This document shows, piece by piece, positions 15,242 to 18,134 of a DNA stretch of 18,134 bases. Numbering within the stretch: the first letter of the stretch is position 1; each line of letters begins with the position of its first letter. The stretch comes from an uncultured Planctomycetaceae bacterium (GTDB lineage Bacteria > Planctomycetota > UBA1135 > GCA-002686595): assembly GCA_964402175.1 (NCBI GenBank), contig CAYOBN010000009.1, positions 74,065 through 92,198 of the forward strand. Direction: 5' to 3'. The translations under genes and the position numbers were made by a program. The notes beneath the pieces were generated by a model, which saw nothing but the letters and a program-made list of their open reading frames with translations, ran no database searches and had not been told where the DNA came from.

Positions 15242-16039
15242 ATGTGGATCGCACGCCTCGTCTGCCTCGCCCTCGCCGTCGCACCCGCGGCCTCCGCGGT
15301 CTGCCCACAGGGACCTCCGCCGGAGGAGCGCAATGAGGGGCCGTCGAAGACCGAAGTCGCGGCGGCGCTCGCGGCGCTGAAGACAGGCCTCGCGGCCAAG
15401 GAGCCCAGCGAGCGCATCGCGGCGCTGCAGACCGCCGCCGAAGTCGTCCACGCGGACGTCGTGAAAGCCATCGCCAAGGCGACCGCCGATCCGGCGGTCG
15501 AGGTGCGCGACTTCGCGCTCGATCTGCTCGGGAAGATCGACGAGCCCACGGCGCTCGAGAGCCTGCACGCGTACCTGAACAAACACCGCAAGGAGCTCGT
15601 CGACGATCCGGACCGCTACGTGCTCGTCATGAAGAGCGCCGCGCGACACCGCGACCCGAAGACGATCCCGCTGCTGACGGACAAGCTCTTCGACACGCAG
15701 CACCACCTCGTCGTGCGCGCGCGCATCCTCTCGCTCGCGAACATCCCCGACAAACGCGCGGTCGAGGCGGTCTTCGAAATCGTGACCAAAGGCGATCGGC
15801 GCAAGGTCCTGCCGCACATGGAGTCCGTACAGCTCACGCTGCTCGTGCTCCTGGGCGTCGATGTCGGCACGAACCTCGACCGCTGCATCGCGTGGTGGAA
15901 CGAGAACAAGAAGACGTACAAACTCGCCGAGGCGTTTCCGAAGCTGCCCGAAGCGCGCCTGCGTGAGTGGCAGACGTTCTGGGGTCTCGAGCTGACCTAC
16001 GAGCGCAACAAAAAACGCGGCGACCGGGGCCGAGACTGA
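15242..16039 (+). CDS. Secreted HEAT/ARM-like repeat protein of unknown function.
   Basis: N-terminal signal peptide MWIARLVCLALAVAPAASA|VC. Helical-repeat-like segments follow (AALQTAAEVVHADVVKAIAKATADPAVEVRDFALDLLGKIDEPTALESLHAYL...). A GGAGG lies immediately 5' of the ATG, though the spacing is short. Stop TGA 16037-16039. Confidence 0.5.
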   Translation: MWIARLVCLALAVAPAASAVCPQGPPPEERNEGPSKTEVAAALAALKTGLAAKEPSERIAALQTAAEVVHADVVKAIAKATADPAVEVRDFALDLLGKIDEPTALESLHAYLNKHRKELVDDPDRYVLVMKSAARHRDPKTIPLLTDKLFDTQHHLVVRARILSLANIPDKRAVEAVFEIVTKGDRRKVLPHMESVQLTLLVLLGVDVGTNLDRCIAWWNENKKTYKLAEAFPKLPEARLREWQTFWGLELTYERNKKRGDRGRD

Positions 16040-16147
16040 AGGCGCCGCTACGGACTGTGGCGACCCCGGCTACGGCGGTCGGCCCATCGCGCGGGTGGCG
16101 CGGCTACGGGTGGACTGTAAGGGCGCGCTCGATCTGCGCGCCCCGTC

Positions 16148-17491
16148 ATGCACACCACCCTTCGCGCCCTCGCCCCTCTGACCTTCTTGCTCGCGCCCCT
16201 CGCCGCGGGCCAAACCCCCGACGAGCTCGTCCCGCGCCTCGAAGCGCGCCTGGCGCGCGCGGCGGAGAACACGGCCGGTCTCGCGGCCACCATCGCGGTC
16301 GGCGGCGAGTCCCTCGTCAACGCCGCGCTCGGCGGCCGGGAGTTCGACGCCCCGGTCGCAGCGCCCGCGCTACAGCGTGCCCTCACCGCTTTGGCCCTGA
16401 TGCGCAAGCTCGGGTCGGAGGTCGGTGAGTCCGGCCCGTTCGAGCTCGATCGACCGCTCTCGCTCTACCTCGCGGACTCGCTGCCCGAGGGTGCGACGTG
16501 CACGGTCCGGCAGCTGCTCGCGGGCACCTCGGGCCTGGCGCCCTACGGCGCGCTCCTGACGCGCGAGGACGAGCGCGGCGCAGAGATCGCCACACTCGTC
16601 AAACGGGTGCGAGACGCGGGCCTCGTGGCGATTCCGGGCCACTGCTTCGATCCGAACGAGTCCGAAGAGCTCTTGCTCGGGCTCCTGACGGAACGGCTCT
16701 ACGGCGCGCCGTGCAGCGAGGTGTTCACGGCCCTGGCCAGCGCTGCGGGACTGACGGGCACCGGGTACCTCGACGCCGTGCCCGACGCGACAGGCGACCG
16801 CGAGGACGAACTCGACCTCGAGCGCCATCCCCGCCCGGCCCTCGCGCCGTTCGGTGAGGACCGGCTGTACACGACCGTCAATGACCTCGTGCAGCTCGTG
16901 GATTCGCTCGCAGCGCGCGGGCTGCTCGACGAGGCTCCGCTGCGGGAGCTCTTGACGCCGCAACCGACGTTCACGTCCCGCGGCGCAGCGACGACGACCG
17001 GCTTCGGACTCGGTGTCGACCTGATCCAACTCGGCGAGTATGTCGGCGCGACGGTCGGCGGCGTTTGCGGAGACGCGGCGTTCCACGTGGTGCGTTATCC
17101 CTCGGTCGAGCTGACGATCGTCATCGCGGCGAACGGCGCGGACGCACCGCTCGCTGCGACCGCGCGCGACCTGGCGCGGATCGTGCTCGGCCTGCCCCCC
17201 CCGGGGGTGCAGGACCTCGAGCTCGACCGGGACGGGAGCGCGCCGCTGGTCGGCACGTACCAGTTCGGCTGTGACCGACTCTCGCTCCTGCGCGGCGAAG
17301 ATGGTCGGCTCGTGCTCTCCTGGGTGAACCGCCCCGCGCGGCGGCTGCTCTGGCAAGGCGGGCTCGACTTCGTGGCGGCGGATGATCCGGAGTGCCGCTA
17401 TGCGTTCCGTATGGCGCCGGATGGGCTGCGGGCCGAGGCCCTCGTGATGATGGAGCACGGGTTGCGCTCCGAGGCCGTACGCATCGAGTGA
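16148..17491 (+). CDS. Secreted beta-lactamase/transpeptidase-fold (serine-hydrolase-like) protein that appears to lack the SxxK nucleophile motif. It may be a pseudo-enzyme or a binding protein.
   Basis: Signal peptide MHTTLRALAPLTFLLAPLAAGQ. It has a beta-lactamase-family-like N-terminal strand (ATIAVGGESLVNAALGG) and the conserved LLxHTSGL-like motif (LLAGTSGLAPYG). The position where S-x-x-K is expected reads FDAPVAAPALQRAL, with no Ser-x-x-Lys. This is a recollection of motifs, not an alignment. Stop TGA 17489-17491. Confidence 0.5.
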   Translation: MHTTLRALAPLTFLLAPLAAGQTPDELVPRLEARLARAAENTAGLAATIAVGGESLVNAALGGREFDAPVAAPALQRALTALALMRKLGSEVGESGPFELDRPLSLYLADSLPEGATCTVRQLLAGTSGLAPYGALLTREDERGAEIATLVKRVRDAGLVAIPGHCFDPNESEELLLGLLTERLYGAPCSEVFTALASAAGLTGTGYLDAVPDATGDREDELDLERHPRPALAPFGEDRLYTTVNDLVQLVDSLAARGLLDEAPLRELLTPQPTFTSRGAATTTGFGLGVDLIQLGEYVGATVGGVCGDAAFHVVRYPSVELTIVIAANGADAPLAATARDLARIVLGLPPPGVQDLELDRDGSAPLVGTYQFGCDRLSLLRGEDGRLVLSWVNRPARRLLWQGGLDFVAADDPECRYAFRMAPDGLRAEALVMMEHGLRSEAVRIE

Positions 17492-17552
17492 GCTGCCGCG
17501 CGAGCAGAGAGCCTCTCACAGCGTCCGCTGCAGGATCACAGCTCAGCATCGA

Positions 17553-17596
17553 GACCAGCCTCGCAGACCTCTGCGAGCTGGTCTTCGTCTTCATCC
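17553..17596 (+). terminator. Candidate intrinsic terminator: a GC-rich hairpin (13 bp with one bulge; gaccagcctcgcag / ctgcgagctggtc, loop acct) followed by ttcgtcttcatcc.
   Basis: Read from the sequence, ~60 nt downstream of the 16148..17491 stop. The U-tract is weak (interrupted), as is common in GC-rich genomes. Not computationally verified. Confidence 0.3.
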
Positions 17597-17790
17597 AGGA
17601 CGTCGCGTGACTCACGGCCGAGCCGTCGCGCCCGCGCGCACCGGAGAACCTGCGGCCAGCGATCGAAGGAGTCCGCTTCGATTCGGCGGACATCGGCCCG
17701 AGACGCCAGGGCTACGACCGCGGATTTTCAACCCTCCAACCACGCCAACGTCTGATTCGGCGGTCATTGCCGAGCCCACCGAAGGCGAGG

Positions 17791-18134
17791 TCAGGTCTGG
17801 GCCCCAGTCGCCCGCGCATCCACCCGCGCCCGCCGCTTCATCGCAACGTGTCGCTTGCGAATACCCGGGATCGGATCCCTGTAGGACAACCCGTCCAGCT
17901 CGAACGCCTTGTACATCAGGTACGTGCGAGCTGGCCGCACGACCCCAGCCTCGCACCCACCTTCCGGAACGTTGAGGACGGGATCACTCCATCCGCTGAA
18001 CCACGCGGCGCTCGTCCAGCGATCCACCGTGGGCACACCGTCTCCTGTCCGCCAAGGATGGCCAAGGCCATGGTGTTCCCCGTTGCGCAACACGTACGCC
18101 ACTGCGTTGCGCACCTGCTGCAACGACTCCAGCA
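17791..18134 (-). CDS. 3' part of a Y1/HUH tyrosine-transposase-like gene (IS200/IS605 TnpA or REP-associated tyrosine transposase-like). The N-terminus lies beyond the right edge of the window.
   Basis: The minus-strand frame is open to the window edge (...LESLQQVRNAVAYVLRNGEHHGLGHPWRTGDGVPTVDRWTSAAWFSGW...). The YVLRNGEHHGL...W..AAWFS stretch resembles the C-terminal catalytic-Tyr region of RAYT/IS200-like proteins (e.g. E. coli YafM ...DYIYINPVKHGWV...DWPFSTFH). Stop TGA (minus) at 17791-17793. The family call is from memory, with moderate to low confidence. Confidence 0.4.
   Translation of the reverse strand, partial: LESLQQVRNAVAYVLRNGEHHGLGHPWRTGDGVPTVDRWTSAAWFSGWSDPVLNVPEGGCEAGVVRPARTYLMYKAFELDGLSYRDPIPGIRKRHVAMKRRARVDARATGAQT

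Overview
High-GC (roughly 70% by eye) bacterial chromosomal segment. Codon usage and gene content resemble Myxococcota or similar GC-rich Gram-negative bacteria, but this is inference only. I call 16 protein-coding genes, two of them truncated by the window edges. All family calls rest on motifs I recognise in the translations; no search could be run. Gene order, left to right: (1) 3' end of a gene for a repeat-rich, tail-fibre-like protein ending in a coiled coil; (2) a short-NfeD -> flotillin (SPFH) operon; (3) queF (preQ0 reductase) on the opposite strand, convergently overlapping flotillin by 10 nt and lying downstream of a 718-aa polytopic GT-C-like membrane protein; (4) a small DUF4863-like gene divergent from that membrane protein; (5) a ~450-bp lower-GC intergenic island between two convergent gene ends, holding two perfect tandem copies of a 155-bp unit, a third degenerate copy with its loop inverted, and a 3 x 15-bp microsatellite. 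Each 155-bp unit carries a 22-bp perfect inverted repeat around a CT-rich 31-nt loop plus a second hairpin. This is the most striking unexplained structure in the window; (6) a minus-strand operon of a GCS2-family carboxylate-amine ligase fused to a CBS pair, followed by an AstE/AspA-family zinc deacylase; (7) divergently from it, a cytoplasmic PAS-PAS histidine kinase translationally coupled (ATGA) to a NarL/LuxR-type response regulator; (8) a Methyltransf_32-like methyltransferase; (9) kdsB (CMP-Kdo synthetase) followed by a histidine-phosphatase-superfamily protein; (10) two secreted proteins, one HEAT-like and one with a beta-lactamase/PBP fold that appears to lack the SxxK nucleophile motif; (11) the 3' part of a Y1/HUH (IS200/RAYT-like) transposase-like gene running off the right edge. 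I recognised no rRNA, tRNA or CRISPR array. The long antisense ORFs in the six-frame track are GC-driven artefacts. Candidate 'systems' worth follow-up are the tandem palindromic elements and the CBS-ligase/deacylase module with its divergent two-component pair.
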